Below are positions 37,917 through 47,388 of a DNA stretch of 64,000 nt, one piece after another. The position numbers were made by a program, and so were the translations under genes. The notes under the pieces are model-generated. The model ran no database searches and was not told where the DNA came from. It saw nothing but the letters and a program-made list of their open reading frames with translations. This stretch comes from an uncultured bacterium (GTDB taxonomy: Bacteria; Planctomycetota; UBA1135; GCA-002686595), in the NCBI GenBank assembly GCA_943787795.1, contig CALSNU010000006.1:64001-128000 (forward strand), given 5' to 3'. Positions within the stretch are counted from its first letter, which is position 1; every line of letters begins with the position of its first letter.

Positions 37917-39566
37917 CTAGCCCCTGGCCTGGCGAACCTGCCACAGGAGTCGAATCCCGTGGAGCAGCGCGACCATCGTGGCGAAGACGCCGACGATCGG
38001 GATCCCAGCGATCACCGGTGGCGCCTTCAGCGCCCAGAGCATGGCGCCGCCCAGCAGCATGGCCGAACACAGGAGCCCGGAAACCAGGCGGTTGACCGTG
38101 GCCTCCAGCCCGGTGTGGACCATGTCGATCTTCACCTGGCCGCGCTCGATCCGGCGCGCGGTGTCGTCGAGGAGCCCGGGCAAGCGGCCGAGCAGGCGCG
38201 TCCAGTCTCGGCCGGTCTCCAGGGCCCGGCGCGCTCGCTCTCGGGGCGCGGCTCGGCGGAGGACGAGCTTCTCGCAGTAGGGACGCAGGACCTCCATCAG
38301 CGAGAACCCCGGGTCGAGGTGGCGGGACGTGCCCTCCAGCATGATCAGCAGCTTGACGAGCATGGAGATCGTCGGCGGGAGCTGGATGCGGTGTTGGCGG
38401 AGGGTCGACGTGAAGGCCTCCAGGAGAGGCCCGACTTCGATCTCGGAGATGGGCGCGGTGGAGAGCTCGCCCTGAAACTCGAGGATGTCGCGCCGGAGCG
38501 CCGCGTCGTCCACCTCCGGTGGGAAGACGCCGATCCGGCGCACGATCCTGAGGATCTCTCGCTCGTCGGCCTGAACAAATGCCAGCATCAGGTCGAGCAG
38601 GTCGTCCTGGGTCTCCCGGTCCACTCGTCCGACCATGCCGAAGTCGAGGAGCGCGAGGCGTCCGTCGGCGAGCACCATGACGTTGCCAGGGTGGGGGTCC
38701 GCGTGGAACACCCCGTCGCGGAAGACCATGTCCAGGAAGGCGTGCGCTCCGGTGAGCGCGAGGGCGCTGCGGTCTCGGCCCTCCGCGTCCAGCTGGGCGT
38801 CGTCCGCCACCGAGCGCCCGTCCAGGAACCCCATGGTCAAGACTCGCCGGGCGCTGCGCTCGGGGATCGGTTCGGGGAGCATGAGCCCCGGCTCATCGGC
38901 GAAGGCGCGGCGGAAGTAGGTCAGGTGGCGCAGCTCGCGGCGGAAGTCGAGCTCGCCGAGTACTGAGCGGCGCGCCTCTTGGATGACGGCGGTGAGCTGC
39001 AGCGAGCGAGCGGTCTCGTCGTGACGCTCCATGAGGGCGGCGATGGACGCGAGGATGTCGAAATCGACCTCAACCCGCTCCTCGATCCCCGGGTGCTGCA
39101 CCTTGACGACGACGGCGCGCCCGTCGGCGAGCCAGGCGCGATGGACCTGGCCAATGGACGCGGACGCCATGGGCGCATCGTGGAAGTTGACGAAGAGCTC
39201 CTCGACGGGCCCTCCGAGCTCCTCCTCGACGATCTGGCGGGCCGTTGCCGGATCATCCTCGGGGGCTCCCGATTGGAGCTTCTCCAGCTCCTGGGCGATC
39301 TCAAGCGGGATGAGGTCGGGCCGAGTGCTCAGGATCTGGCCGAGCTTGACGAAGGTGGGGCCCAGCTCCTCGCAGGCAAGGCGTACGCGCTCGCCTAACC
39401 CGAGGCGGGCGACCTCCTCCAGTCCCTCATGACCGAGCCACCGCTGTAGGAACTCGGGCTCGATTCGCTCCAGATGCTCCGCGAGCCCGTACTTGACCAG
39501 GGTCCCGGTCACCTCCAGGAAGCGAGCCGTCTCGCGCTTGTATTGAGGGAGAGCTGTGATGCGCAT
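37917..39566 (-). CDS. UbiB/AarF (ABC1) family atypical kinase
   Basis: LGPTFVKLGQILSTRPD, ASASIGQVH, VKVQHPG, ELDFRRE, FHADPHPGN, LDFGMVG; two C-terminal TM helices. Confidence 0.92.
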   Translation of the reverse strand: MRITALPQYKRETARFLEVTGTLVKYGLAEHLERIEPEFLQRWLGHEGLEEVARLGLGERVRLACEELGPTFVKLGQILSTRPDLIPLEIAQELEKLQSGAPEDDPATARQIVEEELGGPVEELFVNFHDAPMASASIGQVHRAWLADGRAVVVKVQHPGIEERVEVDFDILASIAALMERHDETARSLQLTAVIQEARRSVLGELDFRRELRHLTYFRRAFADEPGLMLPEPIPERSARRVLTMGFLDGRSVADDAQLDAEGRDRSALALTGAHAFLDMVFRDGVFHADPHPGNVMVLADGRLALLDFGMVGRVDRETQDDLLDLMLAFVQADEREILRIVRRIGVFPPEVDDAALRRDILEFQGELSTAPISEIEVGPLLEAFTSTLRQHRIQLPPTISMLVKLLIMLEGTSRHLDPGFSLMEVLRPYCEKLVLRRAAPRERARRALETGRDWTRLLGRLPGLLDDTARRIERGQVKIDMVHTGLEATVNRLVSGLLCSAMLLGGAMLWALKAPPVIAGIPIVGVFATMVALLHGIRLLWQVRQARG

Positions 39567-39676
39567 GGGCGGGTGCGATCCGGGCGCCGGGCGGGCGGGC
39601 TCGCTGCCGCGATCCTAACGCAAAGGGAGCGGCGATCCTGACACCCCTCCGCCGTGCAGGGGGACCACCTCTTGCT

Positions 39677-39748
39677 GAGCCCGCAGAGCCCGCAGAGCCC
39701 GCAGAGCCCGCAGATCCCGCAGGTCCCGCAGATCCCGCAGATCCCGTC
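39677..39748. repeat. 9-bp tandem repeat (8 units) between divergent genes
   Basis: GAGCCCGCA x4, GATCCCGCA, GGTCCCGCA, GATCCCGCA, GATCCCGTC. Confidence 0.9.
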
Positions 39749-39843
39749 GGGGCCTACGGCGGCCCTGCAGCCCGAAGGGGTCCTCCGGACCGGGGTGCGC
39801 GCCTCCCACTGGGCGCCGCACGGCGCTGGCGTGGCGAGGGGAT

Positions 39844-41385
39844 ATGCTCGCCTTCATGAACCGTACCCTCACGCCCCGACGACTGATCCAGGGAGCGCTC
39901 ACCCTGGCGCTGTTCTCCCACGCCACCGTCCTTGGGGAGGAGCCCCCCAACGTCGTGGTCATCGTCACCGACGATCAGGGGTGGGGGGATGTCGGATACC
40001 ACAACCCGGCGGTGTACTCCCCCCGCCTCGACGCCCTCGCGGGCGCAGGGGTGCGCTTCACCCAGCACTACGTGATGCCGCAATGCACCCCGACCCGGGT
40101 GGCCCTCATGACCGGGCGCTATCCCTCCCGCTTCGGGCCCCAGGCGCAGCAGGCGAACAACGCGCCGGCCTTTCCCCTGGGGACGCCGACGCTCGCGACC
40201 TTGCTGAAGGGGGCCGGCTACTCGACGAACGCGGTGGGGAAGTGGCACCTGGGCTCCTCTCGGGAGCATGGGCCCAACGAGCACGGGTTCGACCAGAGCT
40301 ACGGCTCCCTCGCCGGAGCCTGCGGCATGTACGACCACCGCTATCGGGCGGGCAAGTTCGCGGAGACATGGCACCGAAACGGGGAGATCATCCCGGGGTG
40401 GGAGAACGGCGTGCACACCTCGGATCTGCTGGCGGCGGAGGCCGTCCGTGTGATCGAGGCCGAGCGAGATCAGCCCTTCTTTCTCTATCTCGCTTTTCAG
40501 GCGGTGCACACGCCGCTGGACGAGCGTGGCCGCTTCACGGGACGCCCGACCCAGCTTGATCCCGAGGATCCCCTTCGGTGGCTCGATGAAGACGAGATCC
40601 CCTGGTTCCATGACCCTGAGGGGCTCATCCAAGGGGAGCCGGACCCGGAGAAGCGGCTCCTCCTCGCGGCGATCCATCACATGGACCACGCGATCGGGGA
40701 GGTGGTGGATGCGCTGGAGCGAACGGGGCAAGCCGCGAACACCTTGATCCTCTTCACCTCGGATAACGGTCCCCAGGGCAGCTGGCCGGGGAAGGCCTAC
40801 CCCGATGACCTGAAGCTAACGGACTTCAATCAGCCCATCCCCATGCGGGGCAAGAAGACGGACACCTACGAAGGGGGCATCCGCGTACCCGGCTTCGCCG
40901 TGTGGCCCGGACGCATCGAGAGTCGGGACGAGGCCACGCCGGTGCACGTCGTGGACTGGATGCCGACCCTCGCTCGGATCGCGGGCGCACCGGCGACCGC
41001 ATGGGCCACCCCGCCGGCAGACGGGCTGGCCACCGCGGCGACCGACGGCTGCGACCTCACTCCGCTCCTGCGTGGCGCGGCAGCCTCCGAGAAGCTGCGG
41101 ACCCGCGATCTCTACTGGGTTTGGAGCTCCTCCAGCAATCGACGGGCCCTGCGGCACGGAGATTGGAAGATCGTTCGTTACGGAAAGAGGGCGCCCGCCG
41201 GTCCGAAGGACTGGCAGCTGTTCAACCTCGCCGACGATCCGGAGGAGACCACGGACTGTGGCGAGACGCACCCGGAGCGCCGCGCCGAGCTGTACCAGCG
41301 GTACCTCCTGCAGCGCGCGAAGGACCGGAGACCCGACCCGCCCTCCAGGGAGACGGCTGATCGGCCCACCAAGCGAGGGGTCTGA
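39844..41385 (+). CDS. Formylglycine-dependent sulfatase (arylsulfatase B-like)
   Basis: Signal peptide; PNVVVIVTDDQGWGD, QCTPTRVALMTGRY, GKWHLG, AVHTP, SDNG, YEGGIRVP. Confidence 0.92.
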   Translation: MLAFMNRTLTPRRLIQGALTLALFSHATVLGEEPPNVVVIVTDDQGWGDVGYHNPAVYSPRLDALAGAGVRFTQHYVMPQCTPTRVALMTGRYPSRFGPQAQQANNAPAFPLGTPTLATLLKGAGYSTNAVGKWHLGSSREHGPNEHGFDQSYGSLAGACGMYDHRYRAGKFAETWHRNGEIIPGWENGVHTSDLLAAEAVRVIEAERDQPFFLYLAFQAVHTPLDERGRFTGRPTQLDPEDPLRWLDEDEIPWFHDPEGLIQGEPDPEKRLLLAAIHHMDHAIGEVVDALERTGQAANTLILFTSDNGPQGSWPGKAYPDDLKLTDFNQPIPMRGKKTDTYEGGIRVPGFAVWPGRIESRDEATPVHVVDWMPTLARIAGAPATAWATPPADGLATAATDGCDLTPLLRGAAASEKLRTRDLYWVWSSSSNRRALRHGDWKIVRYGKRAPAGPKDWQLFNLADDPEETTDCGETHPERRAELYQRYLLQRAKDRRPDPPSRETADRPTKRGV

Positions 41386-41409
41386 GCGGGCGGTGGCGGA
41401 GTCAGGGAC

Positions 41410-41453
41410 AGCCAGGGGGCCGCGGCGGGACGTCCCGCAGCGGCCCCCTGGCT
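41410..41453. terminator. Near-perfect 44-bp palindrome between convergent genes
   Basis: AGCCAGGGGGCCGC-G-GCGGGA-CG-TCCCGC-A-GCGGCCCCCTGGCT; one mismatch, no U-tract. Confidence 0.6.
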
Positions 41454-41549
41454 CGCGTTCGGCTCACGGTGCGGATCGCTCCGCCGGAACCGCTCTTGTC
41501 AGAGCGAGGGTGGCGCTCATGGTCGAGCGCCACGCCCCTTCCGATTCGA

Positions 41550-43163
41550 TCAGCGCAGGGTCACGCTCACCGCGTCCGTCATGTTGGAGGTCGTCACGCC
41601 GCCCACTGCGTCGCGGAACCAGCCCTGGAAGTACCAGGTCTCGCCGCACTGGGCGGACACATTCCCCGTGGGCTGGGGGAGCGAGCGGAGGTCAGCGGCG
41701 ACCGTGAAGGTCCCGCTCGGGCCGGAGTTGCCGATGACACCGCCGACGCCCCGACCGATGCTCCCGGTGAGGCAGAGGAAGCCCTCGGAGTTGCCGGGGA
41801 AGGAGATGGCCTCGGACTGGCTCGCGAGCAGGAACACAAAGGTGTCCATCGGCAGGCCGGCGCAGCTGAGGGTCAGGTCGTTACGCGCCAAGAGGTCCGT
41901 GCCCAGGGCATGGATCGAGGCGGAGAGGCCCGAGGAGTTCGGCTCGCTGCGACCACAGATCGAATCACCCACGAACTTGGTGGAGTAGACCGGGTCGAGA
42001 ATGAGGTGCGTCGCGGGGAACCCGATGGAGCCCAGGTCCGTGGGCTCGACGAGACCGCAGCTCGCGGACGCGATGTACGACGGCGCGGTCTGCCCGAGGC
42101 CGTTCGAGCCCGGGAAGTAGACGAACTCGGCGGTTCCGGGCGTCTCCTTTGCGACCTCGACCACCAGGTCGTAGCCGAGGGTCAGGACTCGGGGAGACGC
42201 GAAGCGCACGGTGATCACCTGGTTGGCACCGTCCGGGACGATCTCCTCCTGCTCGGTGAGCAGGCTCATGTTCCCGTAGGAGAACGCTGCGCCTTCGGGG
42301 ATGGAGTAGGCCCGGAGCAGGATGGGCTGACCGGCGCCCGTGGGGCTGGCGGCGAGCTCGACGCCGAAGGTGACGCCCTCGACGATGACCGCTCCGTCCA
42401 CGCCGCAGTCGGCCGCGGGGCTGTAGCGACGCAGCCACTGGTTATCGACGGCGAAGTTGCTGGGGGCCCCCGAGGTGCAGGAGATGCCGCCAGGCTCGAT
42501 CGTCTGGTTGTCCAGGCTCTGGGAGCACGTCGGGTTCGGAGCCTCGGTCTCACCGCTGATGGCGAACGCGTCGAGGGTGCCGATATCGCCACCGGCCCAG
42601 TCGTAGATCTGGAGCTCGTAGGTGCCGCCCGGGATCACAGGGATCTGGCACATGGGGGTGTCGAAGATGTTGTCGGCCCCTTGACTCCATTGACCCTGCG
42701 GATCGGCGAAGAAGTACTGCTCGTACGGTCCCTCGATCAGCTCGGAGCCGTTGTTGCAGCCGGCGCCCGAGGAGGTCGGCCATCCAAGCCCGCCGCTCTC
42801 GACGACGCTGTAGTCCCCGATCACATCGCAGGAGGAACCAAAGCTGCTCGAGTTCATGTAGTTGACCCGGTTCACCAGGACGTGACCGGTGCCGTTCGGA
42901 TCAAACAGCACGATCTGAAGGTCACCAATCCAGGTGTGATCCAGCCCGTTCAGGTGGATGGCGTCGATCGTCGCGGCGTCGGACGGCAGGGTCACGGTCG
43001 TCGACAGCGCCCCCCCAGGGGCGGGAATCGCAACCGGGAAGGTGCCCAGCCCGCCGCCGGTGTTGTCGGGGATCGCCCCTCCAGCACCGGTGACGTTGAA
43101 CTGGGCCGCGGAGGGCGCGGCGAGTGCGGCCGCGGCGCTGATGAGGAGGGGAAGTTGCTTCAT
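41550..43163 (-). CDS. Secreted protein: proprotein-convertase P-domain-like region plus shared C-terminal domain
   Basis: Signal peptide ending SAA-Q; GGAIPD...LDHTWIGDLQIVLFDPNGT...GTYELQIYD...GDIGTL; C-terminus ending WYFQGWFRDAVGGVTTSNMTDAVSVTLR. Confidence 0.8.
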   Translation of the reverse strand: MKQLPLLISAAAALAAPSAAQFNVTGAGGAIPDNTGGGLGTFPVAIPAPGGALSTTVTLPSDAATIDAIHLNGLDHTWIGDLQIVLFDPNGTGHVLVNRVNYMNSSSFGSSCDVIGDYSVVESGGLGWPTSSGAGCNNGSELIEGPYEQYFFADPQGQWSQGADNIFDTPMCQIPVIPGGTYELQIYDWAGGDIGTLDAFAISGETEAPNPTCSQSLDNQTIEPGGISCTSGAPSNFAVDNQWLRRYSPAADCGVDGAVIVEGVTFGVELAASPTGAGQPILLRAYSIPEGAAFSYGNMSLLTEQEEIVPDGANQVITVRFASPRVLTLGYDLVVEVAKETPGTAEFVYFPGSNGLGQTAPSYIASASCGLVEPTDLGSIGFPATHLILDPVYSTKFVGDSICGRSEPNSSGLSASIHALGTDLLARNDLTLSCAGLPMDTFVFLLASQSEAISFPGNSEGFLCLTGSIGRGVGGVIGNSGPSGTFTVAADLRSLPQPTGNVSAQCGETWYFQGWFRDAVGGVTTSNMTDAVSVTLR

Positions 43164-43467
43164 GGCAGGAGGCTCTTTTGTTGTGCCCGACGTGTGAGCG
43201 GCGGGCGGGGCAGTGGAGGCGGAGGTTCTCGTAAGGGCGGTTGGCAGCCCGCTCTTAAGGGTTTACCCGTCTGATGTGACGTCACTATAGGGAATGCCCG
43301 ATGCTTTCGGGGTAAGCGTTCGGGGTAAACCCGTATTTGTTTCCAGCGCGAGGCCGGTGGTGCGGCTCTATTGCGCCTGCGGGCACCTGGGCGGGCCAGG
43401 GACGCAAGCTGGTCCATCGCCCCTGCGGCGACCTCAGGCCTCGGCCCTGACGGACCTCGAAGCCCAA

Positions 43468-43551
43468 TGAACCTGGCCAGCGGAGCTGTGAACCCGGGCA
43501 GCGGAGCTGTGAACCCGGGCAGCGGAGCTGTGAACCCTGGTAGCGGAGCTG
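43468..43551. repeat. 21-bp tandem repeat (4 units)
   Basis: TGAACCTGGCCAGCGGAGCTG, TGAACCCGGGCAGCGGAGCTG x2, TGAACCCTGGTAGCGGAGCTG. Confidence 0.9.
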
Positions 43552-43676
43552 GCGAGAGGCCCGCTGGGGCCTTGCGGGACGGCGGGGGCACACACCTCGG
43601 GGTTGGATGTTGCATTTTGGCTTGATTTTGGGGTCGGAGGGGGACGATCGGCAGAGGGAGACGGACGGTCTGCAGG

Positions 43677-45446
43677 ATGAGCGTGAACCCCATGGAAGCC
43701 CCCGAAAGAGCGTCATCGACCGATACGGCGGCCCGCAGGCGGCTGGGCGCGGGAAGGTCCGGCCAGGTCTTCGAGGAGACGCTCCCGGACGGACGCTCCC
43801 TCGCTTGCAAGGTGTTCCTGCCGGACCGCGCGAGCAGCCTCGTGAATCTCGCTCTCACAGGCGCAGTGAACCCCTATCGCTGGAACGCGGACGCCGTGGA
43901 ATGCGCGGTGTTGCGGCGCAGGATCCTGGCTCCGCTCGTGGAGTATTGGTTCAAGGGGGCGCTCCGGCTGCCGGAGACCCACGGGGCGCGATGGGATGAG
44001 GAGCACCGGGCCTTCGAGCTGCGTGCCGAACGCGTCCTGGGCCGTCATACCCAGCTGCAGCATTCGCTCGGGGACGGTGACGAGGATGAGGTCAGCGATC
44101 TCGTCGGCGGCTTCATGCGTCCACTCCAGAAGCACCTCGCGGAGAGCGGCTTCGACGGGCTGCTCTGGCAGGCGGGAAAGGGGAACCCGGTGGCCGCCGC
44201 GAACTACATGCGAGACCTCTCGTCCGCGCCAGCACGCTGGGTCTGGATCGACGCCGAATCGGGCGTCCCGGCGCTCGTTCCCATGGCGTTCTGGACCCTC
44301 GCCACCACGTATCTCCCGCTTTGCGCCAAGCACCGCTGCTGGCTCTTCGACGACGTGGATTGCGCGCGACTCGCGGGCTACCTCGAGGGCAAAGGCGGCG
44401 CGCTCAGAGCGCAACTCGGCCATGAAGGCTACCGCGAGCTATGTGCCCTGGCAGCGGACCTCGGGGCGGCGCAGTCACGATGGCGAGCCCTGAAGCGGCA
44501 CCAGCGGGGCGTCCAAGCTCACCTCGCCGCTGGGAAGCTCACGGCGGAGGATGCGCCGCGCTATCTGGGGAGCTCGCTGCGCTGGAACGGGCATCTGCTG
44601 CTCCGCGCGGTGACCTCCATGCCACGTCGGGTCAGGGGGCTCGCGGCGGCGGCCTGGTCGCGGGTGAGCTTCCGGGGCAGCCTCCGCGGCCTGGCGTCCT
44701 ACGGGCGGTTCTTCCTCTTGCGCTCGCGCCGACAGCGCTGGGCCAACCATCACGTCCGACGACGGGTCCTGGACTGGCGCAAGCGCGGCATGCTCACACC
44801 CGAGAGCGCCGCCGCGGTCAAGACCTCCATGGCCTCCGACGAGGCGGCCGAGTACGTGGCGGACTTCGGAGTGCATCTCGCGATCAAGCCCGTGGTAAAG
44901 GTCCTCACGTGGGGCGCCCTGCCGCTGCTCGCCTTGAGTGGGGCGGCGGACCACTGGATGCTCGTTGGGCTGCTGGCGTTCAGCGGCGCCCTCGGCAGGA
45001 CGGCTTACACCGCAGGGCGGGTCCTCCAGGCTGCCCTGCGCGGACGCCGGGCCCCCTGGCTCGCCCTCGGCGTCGGAGCGCTGCCGGTGGTGGGCAACGC
45101 CGCCTTCCCCATCCAACTGCTCGCCGCCACGCGGGACCGCGATGCGCGGGTCGCTCGCTTCCTCGTCCACGACATTCTCTCCGGGATCGGGCGTCGACTT
45201 CCGATCTGGGGTGGCGCGGACACGCTGCTGGAGCACGGCTTCAACCGGGTGGCGCTCATGCTCTGCGCGGGAGGCTTCACGGCGAAGGTCACCCCGCTCC
45301 AGGCCGCGTCCATTGGCGCCCCCATGGAATCGAGGCGGCCTGAGGGCTGCGAGGCCAAGGGGGCGCTGGAGCGCGCGCCCTCGCTCATGCCCGCCGAGGT
45401 GACGCCTGAGCGCCTCAAGGCCCGCGAGCAGACGCCCCGAGCCTGA
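43677..45446 (+). CDS. Hypothetical protein with kinase-like N-lobe and C-terminal membrane segments
   Basis: RRLGAGRSGQVF Gly-rich loop, LACKVF Lys, WVWIDAESG; hydrophobic helices in the last third. Confidence 0.65.
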   Translation: MSVNPMEAPERASSTDTAARRRLGAGRSGQVFEETLPDGRSLACKVFLPDRASSLVNLALTGAVNPYRWNADAVECAVLRRRILAPLVEYWFKGALRLPETHGARWDEEHRAFELRAERVLGRHTQLQHSLGDGDEDEVSDLVGGFMRPLQKHLAESGFDGLLWQAGKGNPVAAANYMRDLSSAPARWVWIDAESGVPALVPMAFWTLATTYLPLCAKHRCWLFDDVDCARLAGYLEGKGGALRAQLGHEGYRELCALAADLGAAQSRWRALKRHQRGVQAHLAAGKLTAEDAPRYLGSSLRWNGHLLLRAVTSMPRRVRGLAAAAWSRVSFRGSLRGLASYGRFFLLRSRRQRWANHHVRRRVLDWRKRGMLTPESAAAVKTSMASDEAAEYVADFGVHLAIKPVVKVLTWGALPLLALSGAADHWMLVGLLAFSGALGRTAYTAGRVLQAALRGRRAPWLALGVGALPVVGNAAFPIQLLAATRDRDARVARFLVHDILSGIGRRLPIWGGADTLLEHGFNRVALMLCAGGFTAKVTPLQAASIGAPMESRRPEGCEAKGALERAPSLMPAEVTPERLKAREQTPRA

Positions 45447-45609
45447 CCTCGGGGTCGCCGGCGACGAAGGGTCACCGGGCCCCCCCCTCGCGGACCGGAT
45501 CGAGGGCGCTTCAGGGGTTGGCCGGCCCGTGGATTGCTCGGCCAGTGAGTCCGCTCGTTCTGCTACCCCTCCTCTTCCCCCGGAGGGCCTCGGTGGGTAG
45601 CGTGCCACG

Positions 45610-46608
45610 ATGCTCGAAGGGAAGACAGTCCTCGTGACCGGTGGTACTGGGTCGTTTGGTCACGCATTCGTGCCCATGACCCTGGAGCGCTACAAGCCGA
45701 AGAAGCTCATCATCTACTCGCGGGATGAGATGAAGCAGTGGGACATGGCGAAGCGCTTCGAGGGCAACAGCGCCCTGCGCTTCTTCATCGGCGATGTGCG
45801 CGACCGCGAGCGCCTCTACCGGGCGCTGGACGGCGTGGACTACGTGGTCCACGCCGCCGCGACCAAGATCGTCCCCACGGCCGAGTACAACCCCTTCGAG
45901 TGCGTCAAGACCAATATCAACGGCGCCATGAACCTGATCGACGCGTGCATCGACAGCGGCGTCAAGCGGGTGGTCGCGCTCTCCACGGACAAGGCGAGCA
46001 GCCCCGTGAACCTCTACGGAGCGACCAAGCTCGCCTCGGACAAGCTCTTCATTGCCGGCAACTCGTACTCCGGGGAGCACGAGACGCGCTTCGCCGTGGT
46101 GCGCTACGGCAACGTCATGGGGTCGCGAGGCTCGGTGATCCCCTTCTTCATGTCGATCAAGGATCAGGGCAAGCTCCCGATCACGGACCCGCGCATGACG
46201 CGCTTCATGATCTCCCTCCAGGAGGGCGTTGAGCTGGTCTACACGGCGCTCGAGGACATGGTGGGAGGGGAGATCTACGTGAAGAAGATCCCGTCCATGC
46301 GGATGGAGGACCTCGCCACCGCGGTCGCGCCGGAGGCCGAGCAGCACATCATCGGGATCCGACCTGGAGAGAAGCTGCACGAGCAGATGATCAGCGCCGA
46401 GGATTCCCTCTCCACGTACGAGTACGAGGACTACTACAAGATCCTCCCGGCCATCCACAACTGGTCCACCGATGCGGGTCGCATCAAGGACGGTCAGAGG
46501 GTGCCCGAGGGCTTCACCTACTCGAGCGAGACGAACGAGGACTGGATGTCCAGCGACGCACTCCGCGCCTGGATCGATGCGAACCGCGAGAAGATCGGCG
46601 CGATCTGA
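45610..46608 (+). CDS. pseB: UDP-GlcNAc 4,6-dehydratase (inverting)
   Basis: TGGTGSFG, YSRDEMKQ, KIVPTAEYNPFE, STDKA, YGATK, RYGNVMGSRGSV, RPGEKLHE. Confidence 0.93.
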   Translation: MLEGKTVLVTGGTGSFGHAFVPMTLERYKPKKLIIYSRDEMKQWDMAKRFEGNSALRFFIGDVRDRERLYRALDGVDYVVHAAATKIVPTAEYNPFECVKTNINGAMNLIDACIDSGVKRVVALSTDKASSPVNLYGATKLASDKLFIAGNSYSGEHETRFAVVRYGNVMGSRGSVIPFFMSIKDQGKLPITDPRMTRFMISLQEGVELVYTALEDMVGGEIYVKKIPSMRMEDLATAVAPEAEQHIIGIRPGEKLHEQMISAEDSLSTYEYEDYYKILPAIHNWSTDAGRIKDGQRVPEGFTYSSETNEDWMSSDALRAWIDANREKIGAI

Positions 46609-46620
46609 GGAGGCGACAAC

Positions 46621-46695
46621 GTGGTGTGGAGCCCCAATGGTCACCGAGCGGCGGATGAGATGATCGCTCCCCTGAGTGGATCGAGCCTGGAATGA
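46621..46695 (+). other. 24-codon mini-ORF with strong RBS, coupled to pseF; possible deletion scar
   Basis: GGAGG at 46609-46613, GTG at 46621, stop TGA overlapping the pseF ATG (ATGA). Confidence 0.35.
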
Positions 46696-47388
46696 GGCTG
46701 GCCGTTATTCCAGCCCGCGGTGGCAGCAAGCGCATCCCGCGCAAGAACGTGCGGGACTTCTGCGGTAAGCCGATCATCGCGTGGTCGATCGAGGCGGCGA
46801 CCGCGGCCGGGTGCTTCGATCGCGTGGTCGTTTCCACGGATGACACCGAGGTGGCCTCGATCGCGAGGGCCTGGGGGGCGGAGGTTCCCTTCGTTCGGCC
46901 TGCCGAACTCTCCGATGACCACACGGGGACCGGCCCGGTGATGGCCCACGCGGCGTCCGCGTGCCAGCTCGATGATGGAGATCTGCTCTGTGCCATCTAT
47001 GCGACCGCTCCGTTCCTCTCCGCTGAGGACTTGCTGGGTGGTCTCAGAGCGATGGAGGACTCCGATGCGGACTACGCCCTCTCGGTGACGACGTTCCCGT
47101 TCCCGATCCAAAGGGCGGTTCGGACGACCAAGGCGGGGCGCCTCGAGATGCTGGACCCGTCCCAGGCCGAGGTTCGGTCCCAGGACCTCGAGGAGGCCCT
47201 GGCACGACGCGGGGCAGTTCTACTGGGGCCGACCGAGGGCCTGGACCGAGGGCGCTCCCATCTTCTCCAGCGGCTCGCTCCCCGTCCCGATCCCTCGTCA
47301 TCGGGTCCAGGACATTGACACGCCAGAGGACTGGCAGCGCGCTGAGCTCATGTTCCAGGCCCTTCACGGGCGGAAGGGCGGCGCCTGA
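46692..47388 (+). CDS. pseF: Pseudaminic acid cytidylyltransferase, +1 frameshift near 47197-47199
   Basis: IPARGGSKRIPRKN, STDD, YATAPF, RSQDLEEA; continues in the +1 frame as WHDAGQFYWG...VQDIDTPEDW to TGA 47386-47388, adjacent to the pseH ATG. Confidence 0.88.

Noticed and set aside
43468..43551. Possible CRISPR array (also 22284-22378 and 39677-39748)
   Set aside because: Units are contiguous with no unique spacers, and no cas genes are present.
47197..47199. Programmed frameshift in pseF
   Set aside because: No recognised slippery site or stimulator; a single extra C in a short run is better explained by sequencing error or recent mutation.
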